The notes under the pieces were generated by a model. It was not told the origin of the DNA and made no database searches. It saw nothing but the letters and a program-made list of their open reading frames with translations. A DNA stretch of 64,000 nucleotides from a virus. Positions within the stretch are counted from its first letter, which is position 1, and every line of letters starts with the position of its first letter. The stretch lies in the IMG/VR virus record IMGVR_UViG_3300027779_002770, positions 18,660 to 82,659 of that record; one strand, written 5' to 3'. Both the position numbers and the translations under genes were made by a program. Positions 29,816 to 39,458 of this stretch are shown piece by piece.

Positions 29816-30773
29816 TATGGAAAGTATAGAACAGAAGTTTTATAATACTATTGAATCAGAAGAGTGGCTAGCACTTCAAGAGAAGTTTAATAACTGTAAT
29901 GACATATTTGTTTTGGGTCACGGCGGCAATTTAGCTGTTGCAAGTCATGCTGCAATTGACATTACAAGGTTGAGTAATGGAACAAAAAATGCTACTTGCC
30001 CTGACAGTGCTACAGTTGTTACGTCACTAATCAACGACACAGATTTTGATCATTGGATGCATCAATGGCTTAAACAGGTAACATCAACAAAGACACAGGA
30101 ACAGAAGAAAAAATGTTTAATTCTTGGAATATCATCATCAGGGACATCACGTGATTTAATTAAGGCATTACAATGGGGTTATTCAAATGATTTCCAACTG
30201 GGTTGCTTGACAGGAAGATCAATGGTTGAAAAAATACCAAAGGTAACAGAGATCAATTTAGATTGCCAATACTATCACACAGTTGAATGCTTATCTCTCA
30301 TGCTACAATATGAGTTAACTCATGGCAGCGGGAAGGTTTGTCCACCCATTGGCGGAAATAAGCCAGAAGATATTGCACATTATAATGCAAATCAAGAGAT
30401 AAGAGAGCATAGCTTTCTTGATGAATCAAAAAATATAGCAGTTGATTTTGATGGCGTCATCCACAACAGCAACAAAGGCTATCATGATGGTACAGTTTAT
30501 GGTGATGTTATAGAGGGCTCAAAAGATTCATTGAAAAAGTTATCTGAGAAGTACGATGTCGTAATATTTACAGCAAAAGCAAAGCCTGATAGGGGATTAA
30601 TAAACGGAAAGACAGGCACACAGTTAGTATGGGAATGGTTAAAGCAACATGATATGGACCAATATGTAACAAAAGTTACTGCTGAGAAACCAAGAGCTGT
30701 TGCATATATTGATGATAAAGCTATAAAATTTAAAACATGGAAAGAATATTGGAAGACTCACAAAAAGATTTAA
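29808..30773 (+). CDS. SIS-domain phosphosugar isomerase fused to a HAD phosphatase
   Basis: GHGGN.A.ASHAA.D and ISSSGTS (GmhA-like); VDFDGVI, FTA, YIDDK (HAD). Confidence 0.82.
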   Translation: MLNMESIEQKFYNTIESEEWLALQEKFNNCNDIFVLGHGGNLAVASHAAIDITRLSNGTKNATCPDSATVVTSLINDTDFDHWMHQWLKQVTSTKTQEQKKKCLILGISSSGTSRDLIKALQWGYSNDFQLGCLTGRSMVEKIPKVTEINLDCQYYHTVECLSLMLQYELTHGSGKVCPPIGGNKPEDIAHYNANQEIREHSFLDESKNIAVDFDGVIHNSNKGYHDGTVYGDVIEGSKDSLKKLSEKYDVVIFTAKAKPDRGLINGKTGTQLVWEWLKQHDMDQYVTKVTAEKPRAVAYIDDKAIKFKTWKEYWKTHKKI

Positions 30774-31414
30774 TAATATTTGTTGCACATGCTGATGATG
30801 TAGAGCTTTCATCTTTTGGTTACATAGCAAAGCATTACGATGAGTACGAATCAATTAAAATTATTTTAGCTACAGAATGGGAGCCTAAAGAAGCTACGTG
30901 GCTTGAAAATTTAGCACAAATAAACAATTATCTTTCATGCACAACAATACCTCATAGGTTTGATATTATAGAATATACAAATTTGGGTTATCCAGCAAGA
31001 CGACTTCATAGTGAATTTGATAATTTAAAAGATGATTTCTATAAGTTGATAGACTTTAAGAAAAGGTTTGACATTTTGACACATGATAGTAAAGATTGTC
31101 ATACTGATCATTTGGCAGTGAATCAAATCGCGATGGGCATGTATAAGTACGCGAATAGATTCTTGACAGCATACTCTCCAAGCTCTGCACATTTTGATGC
31201 AAATTATTTTGTCCCAATGGATGAGGGTGCTTACTCTCTTAAGAAAGAAATGTGTATGAAATATGATATTGCCAAAGAGCAATCGTATTCAAAATTAGGA
31301 TACTATCTTGAAAGTGAAGAACATTGGAATATTGGAAAAGCTTACCAAATGGAAAATTTTGTACATACAGATTATGAACATTACGAAGTATATAGGATTA
31401 TAAAATGGCTTTAA
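30737..31414 (+). CDS. PIG-L family deacetylase
   Basis: AHADD.E and D.HTDH. Confidence 0.8.
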   Translation: MERILEDSQKDLIIFVAHADDVELSSFGYIAKHYDEYESIKIILATEWEPKEATWLENLAQINNYLSCTTIPHRFDIIEYTNLGYPARRLHSEFDNLKDDFYKLIDFKKRFDILTHDSKDCHTDHLAVNQIAMGMYKYANRFLTAYSPSSAHFDANYFVPMDEGAYSLKKEMCMKYDIAKEQSYSKLGYYLESEEHWNIGKAYQMENFVHTDYEHYEVYRIIKWL

Positions 31415-32073
31415 TTGATATAGCAAATAGAGACAGAGGCACTATGATTAATAGGACACATGGTACTAGAAGTGTCGTAAAGTACTTACAAGATAATGCT
31501 GTAATAAATGAAGTATTAGATGTGTTTGCAGGTGACGGCAGCTTCTGTAGTTATTTATTATACAGGCTTAACAGCGCGCTATCCCTTCCAAGCATAACAC
31601 ATTTAGAGCAGGATGCTGTAAAGTGGAAAAAACTAAATAATCAGTTTGGTAGAAATAGAAATAATTGTTTGAATGTTGATTCATATGATTGGATGAGTAA
31701 TAAATCTGAACCGAATAAATATGATTTAATTTTTTGTGACAACGGAATGAATTCAAATGAGTATTTTGATATTATCCCATTATTGGGAGCAAATTTAAAT
31801 AATACATCTGATGGAATAAACTCTTGGTTTGTGCATAATATAAACGTAAGACCTTATGGCAATTTTTCAAGTAACGTAGCTTGGCAACAACAAAGATCAC
31901 ATTTTTATGAAATGGATGATACATCAGATTGTGACCCTGAAGATTTATTAGAAGCAACAGCAAAGAGAATAAAGGAGCATTATGGGGATGTTGTTAACTA
32001 CGGAACATTATTTCCACGTGAGCTATACAATGGCCACACTTATTTATATCATGCTGTATGGAGTCTTAAGTGA
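31405..32073 (+). CDS. class I SAM-dependent methyltransferase
   Basis: VLDVFAGDG, YDLIFCD. Confidence 0.7.
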   Translation: MALIDIANRDRGTMINRTHGTRSVVKYLQDNAVINEVLDVFAGDGSFCSYLLYRLNSALSLPSITHLEQDAVKWKKLNNQFGRNRNNCLNVDSYDWMSNKSEPNKYDLIFCDNGMNSNEYFDIIPLLGANLNNTSDGINSWFVHNINVRPYGNFSSNVAWQQQRSHFYEMDDTSDCDPEDLLEATAKRIKEHYGDVVNYGTLFPRELYNGHTYLYHAVWSLK

Positions 32074-32639
32074 TAGTATCAATACACCAACCAGAACATT
32101 TTCCTTACTTAGGCTACTTCCAAAAAATGGCTGATGCTGACATGTTTGTATTCTTAGACAATGTAAATTATAGGAAAAATTATTTTCAAAATAGAAATAG
32201 GTTTCTTAATAAAAACGGTATTGAAGAATGGTTTACAATACCAGTGCCAAAAGACTCAGTTAAAAAACACATAAAAGATGTTGTTCCTATTGAAAGTAAC
32301 TGGAGAAGAAAAATTATAAAGCAACATAAACAACACTTTGGACTAGACTTAAGCTTTGTATATGATATGGAAACATTGACTAAAATCAATATAGCAAGTA
32401 TAGTATATTGCATGCATAGATTACATATCACTACGCCCTTTATCAGGGTATCGACGCTATCTGTGACAGGAACAAAATCAGAATTGTTAGCTAACATATG
32501 CAAAGAGCTCAAAGCTACAAAATATATCAGTGGTCCTTCTGGTAAGGATTATTTAGAAATGAAATATTTTGAAGGAATTGAAGTAGAATTTTTTAAACCA
32601 AACGTACCAGATATTTACACAACATTGAGCCACATATGA
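32070..32639 (+). CDS. WbqC-like protein
   Basis: IHQP..FPYLGYF.K, QNRNR, Y.SGPSGKDYL. Confidence 0.88.
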   Translation: MIVSIHQPEHFPYLGYFQKMADADMFVFLDNVNYRKNYFQNRNRFLNKNGIEEWFTIPVPKDSVKKHIKDVVPIESNWRRKIIKQHKQHFGLDLSFVYDMETLTKINIASIVYCMHRLHITTPFIRVSTLSVTGTKSELLANICKELKATKYISGPSGKDYLEMKYFEGIEVEFFKPNVPDIYTTLSHI

Positions 32640-33601
32640 AAATAAATTATTGTACTACAGAGATGGGAATAATAGGCAAAATGCCTAAAGACAATCCTAA
32701 CATGAGAGTTTTAGAATCACAAATACTTGCGTGGGATGCTGAACACATTCCAATAACCAAACTGCTAAGTGAGGATACAGTATACGATGGCAATGTTGTT
32801 GTTGTTCTTCCAAAAGGCGGTGCAGATAAAGAACTTATTGGCTGGTTAGTAGAAAAGTATTTTAATACGTTCAAAAGTATAAAATCAAAATTCACAGGAG
32901 AAGTATGGTTTTATCAAGATGGCGAAGCAGGATATTGGAATCAACATACAGCTACACTACAAGTTTGGTGGTATAATAATGTAAGCCAATGTGATAAAAT
33001 TTTATGTCCTAACGAAACAGATGTAAAATATTATAAAGGGATGTTTCCTGATATTCCAGTTGCAGTAATGAGAAGTATAATGGCACATGTGCCCGATGTG
33101 TCTGTTGCTATGGAAGAAAAAGTTATTATTTCTGGTCCGCTAACCAGAGAATACAATGGATTACAGCAGATTATTGTTGCAAAACAATTTGATGTACCTA
33201 TTTTTATTCCACCCATGGGACTAGAAAGAATGCCAGCTGATTCATGGACAACAGCTAGCTCACTTGATGTTAAATATTTAGATTATACAGACTGGAATAC
33301 CTGGATGAAGAATTTGGGAACATATAAATATGCAGTTAATCTCCCGGGTGTGACAGCAGCTGCAAGTTTTAGTTTAAATTGTGCTTGGCATGGAATTCCA
33401 TGTATTGGCGATAGAAAAGCAGATACACAATCGATATGTTACCCGTGGACATCTGTTGATTATAATGATATTGATTCTGCAGTTAAGATAGCAAGAGGAT
33501 TAAAGACAGATAAAAAGTTTTATAATAAGTGTGCAGATTATGCACAAAAATCAGCTAGAAAGCACTTTACAAATGAAACATTTCTAAAAGGGCTTATATG
33601 A
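32636..33601 (+). CDS. putative GT-B glycosyltransferase
   Basis: C-terminal F.LNCA..GIPCIG; inside the glycan island. Confidence 0.55.
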   Translation: MKINYCTTEMGIIGKMPKDNPNMRVLESQILAWDAEHIPITKLLSEDTVYDGNVVVVLPKGGADKELIGWLVEKYFNTFKSIKSKFTGEVWFYQDGEAGYWNQHTATLQVWWYNNVSQCDKILCPNETDVKYYKGMFPDIPVAVMRSIMAHVPDVSVAMEEKVIISGPLTREYNGLQQIIVAKQFDVPIFIPPMGLERMPADSWTTASSLDVKYLDYTDWNTWMKNLGTYKYAVNLPGVTAAASFSLNCAWHGIPCIGDRKADTQSICYPWTSVDYNDIDSAVKIARGLKTDKKFYNKCADYAQKSARKHFTNETFLKGLI

Positions 33602-35592
33602 CACAACGCAAAAGTGGGATACAGCTTACCAATGCAACGGTAGGCAAAAAAGGAAACGCGAAAATACTATGTACAGGTGCACCGAGATCTGGAACTAGTA
33701 TGCTTACTTTGTTAATGACATATTTTAAAGGCATTAATGTATTTACACATGGCACACCAAGCGACCTTTGGAAAAAGCATGATTGCTTTACAACACAGCA
33801 AAGACCTGATGGTTTAATTTGGAATGACTTCATTCAAAAAACATCATTAAGAGAGATCGCAGATGACAATGTAAAGGTTGTTTGCATTTACAGGGATGGA
33901 AGAGATTCACTAATTTCAAAAAGAAAGCAATTCGTAGAAAGCTCATTAGGAAAAATAGAAAGCAAAGTGGATGATGCTTATTGGTACGGGCCTGAGATAC
34001 ATCACACTAAAAAATGGATAACATCAATTGATGTTGTTTTAGATATTATTGAAAACCCTCATGACAATATTTTTCTTATAAAGTACGAAGAACTAGTATC
34101 AAATCATAGTAAAGTAATGCCAGAGTTAGCAAAGTTTTTGGGACTAGAATTAAGAAAAGGATACACAGAATTTTATAAAGACTACTCGGGCAAATATAAT
34201 TTATCAACTGAGGGCGCGATTGGTGCAGAGCATGATGGGCTGAGACCTTTAGCACCAAATTCTGGCAATTGGAAAATGCAAAAGCATTTTGAAAGAATGA
34301 CAGAAATTGTGAATTATATTCCAGAGATTTCTGATAGATTAATTAAACTAGATTATGAAGATGATGATAAATGGAGGGAAAGATTTGGTCCAATTACATT
34401 CGTCATACCCAGTAGAAATAATTTAGAACTTTTACAGTTAGCATATAAATCAATAAAGCAGTTAGGAAATAATCATCACATTTTAGTTTTAGATGATGCG
34501 AGTGAAGATGGAACTGATAAATGGTTAAAACGATCCGAAATAGCTTCAGATGAAAATCTTCATGTTTATACAAATCCAGGGCCAGAAAGAGTTGGAATAG
34601 TCGGCATGTTTGATAAGGGTATTGAGATGGCACCAACATCAATAATAATGGCATTCCATTCAGATATGGTTGCTGGCAGAAATTTAGACATGCATGTATT
34701 GAAACACCTTAAAAGAGGAAATGTTGTAACTGCAACAAGATTAGAGCCACCACTACACCCACCCGGCCCAGAAAAAATTATAGTAGATTGTGGTGTTGAG
34801 CCAGCGGATTTTAATACAAATCTATTTCACACGACTGTTTATGATTTGCAAACAAAACCTGAACTGAGGTATAACAGAGACGTGACAAGTGGAATATTCG
34901 CACCGTGGTGTATGTACAAAGAAGATTTCTTAGCAATCGGCGGCCATGATGAATTATTTGCACCTCAGTCTAGAGAGGATTCAGATTTATTTAACCGGTT
35001 TTTATTAAACGGTTATAAGTTAATACAAACTTGGGAAGGATTTGTATATCATTTTACTAGTAGAGGAAGTAGGTTTAATACGTATGCAGGTGGTGATATT
35101 GGAAAAGATTCACCAGAATGGCAACAAACAAATGAAAAGAATATGAGAAATTTTATTCGTAAATGGAAATCTACTGTATTACATGATGAGCTAATGTTGC
35201 CAGTAGTGGCGCCAATATATAACATAGGCTTCGTAGTACATAACTGTTCAACAGAGCATCTTGCAGCCTTAGAGATATGGTGTGATGATATTTATGGCGA
35301 TTGGGTTGGTCATAAAGGGTATGGTGTAAATGGTTATATCGAAGAAGAACAAAAGAAGACAACAATAGACCTCAGCAAAAAGATACATTCACAGTACTAT
35401 GAAGACTACAAAAATGATGTTGTTCTAGAATTTGATGTGACAAGGCTGACAGACGATGATTACAAGGTAATTCAAAATTTAGGGTCGATTTTAGAAGATA
35501 GCGGTTCTGTTGGTAATTTTAAATTAGGAAATTTAAAATTTATAATTAATAAGTTAGAACAACTTCAAAATAATAATATAAAATCTAAGTAA
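33598..35592 (+). CDS. sulfotransferase fused to a GT2 glycosyltransferase
   Basis: GAPRSGTS (5'-PSB), YRDGRDS (3'-PB), KYEEL; then FVIPS.N, LDDAS.DGT, GG.DE.F...EDSD. Confidence 0.8.
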   Translation: MTQRKSGIQLTNATVGKKGNAKILCTGAPRSGTSMLTLLMTYFKGINVFTHGTPSDLWKKHDCFTTQQRPDGLIWNDFIQKTSLREIADDNVKVVCIYRDGRDSLISKRKQFVESSLGKIESKVDDAYWYGPEIHHTKKWITSIDVVLDIIENPHDNIFLIKYEELVSNHSKVMPELAKFLGLELRKGYTEFYKDYSGKYNLSTEGAIGAEHDGLRPLAPNSGNWKMQKHFERMTEIVNYIPEISDRLIKLDYEDDDKWRERFGPITFVIPSRNNLELLQLAYKSIKQLGNNHHILVLDDASEDGTDKWLKRSEIASDENLHVYTNPGPERVGIVGMFDKGIEMAPTSIIMAFHSDMVAGRNLDMHVLKHLKRGNVVTATRLEPPLHPPGPEKIIVDCGVEPADFNTNLFHTTVYDLQTKPELRYNRDVTSGIFAPWCMYKEDFLAIGGHDELFAPQSREDSDLFNRFLLNGYKLIQTWEGFVYHFTSRGSRFNTYAGGDIGKDSPEWQQTNEKNMRNFIRKWKSTVLHDELMLPVVAPIYNIGFVVHNCSTEHLAALEIWCDDIYGDWVGHKGYGVNGYIEEEQKKTTIDLSKKIHSQYYEDYKNDVVLEFDVTRLTDDDYKVIQNLGSILEDSGSVGNFKLGNLKFIINKLEQLQNNNIKSK

Positions 35593-35645
35593 ATACTAAT
35601 ATCTATAAATGCAAATTTCACATATGCAGTAAGAAGAACCAGCGG

Positions 35646-35679
35646 ATAGGCAGTTGACGCACCTATAGAAAAATGCGTC
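35646..35679 (+). promoter_or_regulatory. candidate H-type RNA pseudoknot in the 5' leader of the TonB-dependent receptor
   Basis: ATAGG/CCTAT and GACGCA/TGCGTC interleaved helices with A-rich loop AGAAAAA. Confidence 0.45.
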
Positions 35680-35708
35680 TTAAACGTAATAACAAAAGGA
35701 GAACGTTT

Positions 35709-38477
35709 ATGAATAAGCGTAACCTAGTAATATCATTATTAATGATGACAGGATTGTTCGCGCAATCTATTGTTGGAGTTGTTAATAGTGGTACTGAACC
35801 ATTGATTGGAGCAAATGTTGCTGTCGAAGGAACTGACAAAGGTGGTGTAACAGATGAATCTGGTAAATACACTATCGATGTTGGGGCTGAAGGCACATTC
35901 ACATTGACAGCTTCATTCATTGGGTACTCATCTGCAACATTAGATGTTGTGGTGGGTGATATAGTTGGAACACTCAACTTCAATTTAGAAGAAGATGTTC
36001 TAATTATGTCAGCATTAGAAGTCTTGGCTTCTAGAGCTGATGAAAATACACCTGTTGCACACACTACAGTTGGCAAAGCCGAAATGGAAATGCGTCTTGG
36101 ATCTCAAGACCTTCCAATGGCACTTAACATGACGCCAAGTGTGTATGCAACTCAACAAGGCGGCGGCGCAGGTGATGCACGTATCAATGTTCGTGGGTTC
36201 AACCAGAATAACGTAGCTGTTATGATAAATGGTGTTCCGCAAAATGATATGGAGAACGGATGGGTCTACTGGTCTAACTGGGATGGTGTAGCTGATGCTG
36301 CTCATTCTATTCAGATGCAAAGAGGATTAAGTGCAGTTAACTTAGCAACACCCTCAATTGGTGGAACGATGAACATCATTACAGATCCTGCTGCTTATGA
36401 AAAAGGCGGCAAGGTAAAACAAGAAGGTGGTGCAGGTGGTTTTTTAAAGACTACACTTAACTACAATTCTGGTCTTATGATGGGCGACAAGTTAGCTTTA
36501 AGCGGAACAGTCGTGCGCAAGACAGGTGATGGAATCATTGATGGTACTTGGACAGATGCATGGGCATACTATTTTGGTAGTAGCTATGCAATGAATAATG
36601 ATCATCGCTTTGAGTTGTATGCAATAGGTGCACCGCAACGTCATGGACATAACTTATACAAACAGAACATAGCTACATATTCACAAGAATTGGCTGGTGA
36701 TGTTAGTGGCTACGATGTAGCGGCTTTTGCAGATAGTGCAAAATTCGAAACTGAAGCTGGTAGGTTATTCAATCAAAATGTTGCAAATGTCGACGCATCA
36801 TACACTGGAAAACAGTACTACTATATGTACGGTGAAAATACTGTTGACAGACATGATCCCAATTCTCTAAACGAAAGAGAGAATTATTTTCATAAACCGC
36901 TTGTTAACTTAAACCATTTCTGGACAATAAACGATAAGGCACGATTAAGTTCAGTAGCTTATTGGTCCGGCGGATCTGGTGGAGGTACTGGTACTTATGG
37001 AAGCGTTAAACGATTCGTTGCCGCAGGTGCTTCAGATCAAGATTTATCTTGGTACAAGAGCTCTCCGTGGACTTGGGATTGGAATGGCGAAATTGCTGAA
37101 AACTCAGCAAACGTTGATTCAGCCTGGTCAGACACAGAGAACAGATCAACGGGTATTCTTCGTAATAGTATCAATCGTCAAAATACTTACGGCTTGATTT
37201 CTAAACTTAACTATGACATTAGTGATGAGTTTGAAGTTCAAGTTGGTATTGATTGGAGAACTGCTAGTATAGAACACGCACGTGAAGTTCGTGATCTACT
37301 CGGTGGTGACTACTATGTAGATTATGCTGATGACAATACACCTGATGGTAAAGTAGTTAAGTTAGGTGATGAGATCGCTTATCACTATGATACTTCAGTT
37401 GATTGGTTTGGTACATTTGCGCAAGGTAAGTATACCACTGATAAGTTTAATGTGTATGGTATGGGCGGTTTGTCCACAATCGCATACTCTTATGAGGACC
37501 ATTTTGCAGCAGATACTGATTCTCTTGGTGAAACAATCGACAACTATGACGAAGCTGATGCTATCACTACTTTTCAATTGAAAGGTGGCGGTACCTATAA
37601 CTTGGATGATCGTATGTCTGTATTTGCTAATGCTGGATACGTTCAAAAACCACCAATTATGGATAATGTAATTGGCTCCGGGTATGTATCATCAGATCCA
37701 GATAATGAGAAGTTTAAAAGCTTTGAGTTAGGTGGAAAGTACAACAGCGACTTGGTTAGCATTAAGTTGAGCACGTATGCTACACAATGGATTGATAGAA
37801 ACGTTGTTAAAAATGTATCTACTGGACAAGGTGATAGCGGTGATTCAGACATAATTTTCTTACGCGGTGTACAACAAGATCATTCAGGCTTTGAAGTCGA
37901 AAGCAAAATCGCACTTCATGAAATGGTTGATCTAGATCTTGTAATCAGTAAGGGAAAATGGGAATTTGTTGGTGACGCAGATGGTTCGTATAAAGAGCAG
38001 GAGTTTAATGAAGCAGACGAAGTCATTGGTATGACATCAACTGAGTATTCTTATGCACTTAACGGGCTTATGGTTGGCGATCAACCACAAACATCATATG
38101 CCGGCGGATTAACAGTTAAACCAATTAAGGGACTCAACATACAGGGTATTTACAAAATGTATGATGACAACTACGCTGATTGGTCTCCCGATTCTCGTGA
38201 GATTGGTAGTGATGACTACAATGATGCTCCAGTTTGGCAAGCTCCTAAGTATGGAAGATTAGATATTCATGCTTCATACAAGCTGCCAGAAGTTGCTGGG
38301 CTAGATGTAACAGTATCAGCACATATTTTCAATGCACTTGATGAAGTATACATTCAAGATGCAGTTGATAATAGTCAATACAATGGGTTTGGTGATGGAA
38401 ATCACTTGGCTCATAACGCGGAAGTATTTCTTGGGACACCAAGATATGCTAACGTAGGAATTTCAGTTAATTTCTAA
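35709..38477 (+). CDS. TonB-dependent outer-membrane receptor with N-terminal carboxypeptidase-regulatory-like domain
   Basis: Signal peptide, EPLIGANV..GT..G..TD..G.Y, plug motifs INVRGF and V.INGVP.N, C-terminal N..D..Y and PR......SVNF; start at ATG 35709 after AAGGAG. Confidence 0.92.
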   Translation: MNKRNLVISLLMMTGLFAQSIVGVVNSGTEPLIGANVAVEGTDKGGVTDESGKYTIDVGAEGTFTLTASFIGYSSATLDVVVGDIVGTLNFNLEEDVLIMSALEVLASRADENTPVAHTTVGKAEMEMRLGSQDLPMALNMTPSVYATQQGGGAGDARINVRGFNQNNVAVMINGVPQNDMENGWVYWSNWDGVADAAHSIQMQRGLSAVNLATPSIGGTMNIITDPAAYEKGGKVKQEGGAGGFLKTTLNYNSGLMMGDKLALSGTVVRKTGDGIIDGTWTDAWAYYFGSSYAMNNDHRFELYAIGAPQRHGHNLYKQNIATYSQELAGDVSGYDVAAFADSAKFETEAGRLFNQNVANVDASYTGKQYYYMYGENTVDRHDPNSLNERENYFHKPLVNLNHFWTINDKARLSSVAYWSGGSGGGTGTYGSVKRFVAAGASDQDLSWYKSSPWTWDWNGEIAENSANVDSAWSDTENRSTGILRNSINRQNTYGLISKLNYDISDEFEVQVGIDWRTASIEHAREVRDLLGGDYYVDYADDNTPDGKVVKLGDEIAYHYDTSVDWFGTFAQGKYTTDKFNVYGMGGLSTIAYSYEDHFAADTDSLGETIDNYDEADAITTFQLKGGGTYNLDDRMSVFANAGYVQKPPIMDNVIGSGYVSSDPDNEKFKSFELGGKYNSDLVSIKLSTYATQWIDRNVVKNVSTGQGDSGDSDIIFLRGVQQDHSGFEVESKIALHEMVDLDLVISKGKWEFVGDADGSYKEQEFNEADEVIGMTSTEYSYALNGLMVGDQPQTSYAGGLTVKPIKGLNIQGIYKMYDDNYADWSPDSREIGSDDYNDAPVWQAPKYGRLDIHASYKLPEVAGLDVTVSAHIFNALDEVYIQDAVDNSQYNGFGDGNHLAHNAEVFLGTPRYANVGISVNF

Positions 38478-38487
38478 CATGAAATTA

Positions 38488-38560
38488 GGGGCTGTAGCTC
38501 AGTTGGGAGAGCGCCGCACTTGCACTGCGGAGGTCGTAGGTTCGATCCCTATCAGCTCCA
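38488..38560 (+). tRNA. tRNA-Ala (anticodon TGC)
   Basis: Cloverleaf GGGGCTG/CAGCTCC with G3:U70, CCGCA-CTTGCAC-TGCGG anticodon arm, TTCGATC T-loop; CCA not encoded. Confidence 0.95.
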
Positions 38561-38583
38561 CTTAAAATTATAGAGGTCTACTC

Positions 38584-39288
38584 ATGAAAATTATAGCAGG
38601 ACCATGCGCAATAGAAGGCAGAGAAATGGCCTTCATAACAGCAGAACAAGTTGTACTACAACAGGAAATATTCCCATATTTTGATTTTGTGTATAAGTCA
38701 TCGTATGATAAAGCAAATCGTACAAGCATCAATTCAAAACGTGGAATAGGGCTTGATGAAGGACTCAAAATACTTCAAGAAGTTAAAGATAATTTTGGCC
38801 TTAAGCTCACAACTGATGTACACGAAACATATCAAGTAGAAGCTGTTGCTGAAGTAGTAGACGAAATCCAAATTCCAGCACTATTAAGTAGACAGACAGA
38901 TTTAATACGTGCAGCTGCAGATACTGGAAAATATGTTAATATAAAACGATCTCAATCAGCATCAGGAATGGACGCAAATACGATGATTGAAAAGTGTTGG
39001 CCGAATACAAAAGTACAGATGATTGAAAGAGGAAGTTCAGTTTTAAATGATATAGTTATAGACTGGAGAAATGTAATTGATATGATGAATTTCGATTGTA
39101 AAGTCATAGTGGATATTACTCATCCTCACGGCCCAACATACGCAACTCAATACGCAATGATGGCAGAATCTATAGGCTGTGATGGTTTATTTATGGAAGT
39201 TCATCCCGATCCGTTAAACGGACATTCTGATGGAAGTAAAATGATAGATTTTAAACAATTTTCTGAAATACTTAACACTGTAGCATAG
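38584..39288 (+). CDS. kdsA: KDO 8-phosphate synthase
   Basis: IAGPC.IE, YDKANRTS, TDVHE, QIPA.L.RQTDL, E.HPDP....SDG. Confidence 0.85.
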   Translation: MKIIAGPCAIEGREMAFITAEQVVLQQEIFPYFDFVYKSSYDKANRTSINSKRGIGLDEGLKILQEVKDNFGLKLTTDVHETYQVEAVAEVVDEIQIPALLSRQTDLIRAAADTGKYVNIKRSQSASGMDANTMIEKCWPNTKVQMIERGSSVLNDIVIDWRNVIDMMNFDCKVIVDITHPHGPTYATQYAMMAESIGCDGLFMEVHPDPLNGHSDGSKMIDFKQFSEILNTVA

Positions 39289-39344
39289 AAAGTACAACTT
39301 ATAAATAATGCTAGCTATATTTAATAATATAAAGGAGCAACAAC

Positions 39345-39446
39345 ATGATACACGAAACTCATGAATGCGATTGTAAAAAATGTAAATGTAAAGAATCGGA
39401 ATCTTGCAAATGTAAATGTTGTAATTGTAAAAATATAAATGCGTAA
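39345..39446 (+). CDS. metallothionein-like Cys-rich peptide (33 aa, not in the ORF track)
   Basis: MIHETHECDCKKCKCKESESCKCKCCNCKNINA with 9 Cys and 2 His; SD AAGGAG 7 nt upstream. Confidence 0.6.
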   Translation: MIHETHECDCKKCKCKESESCKCKCCNCKNINA

Positions 39447-39458
39447 TGGAGAAAAGTT

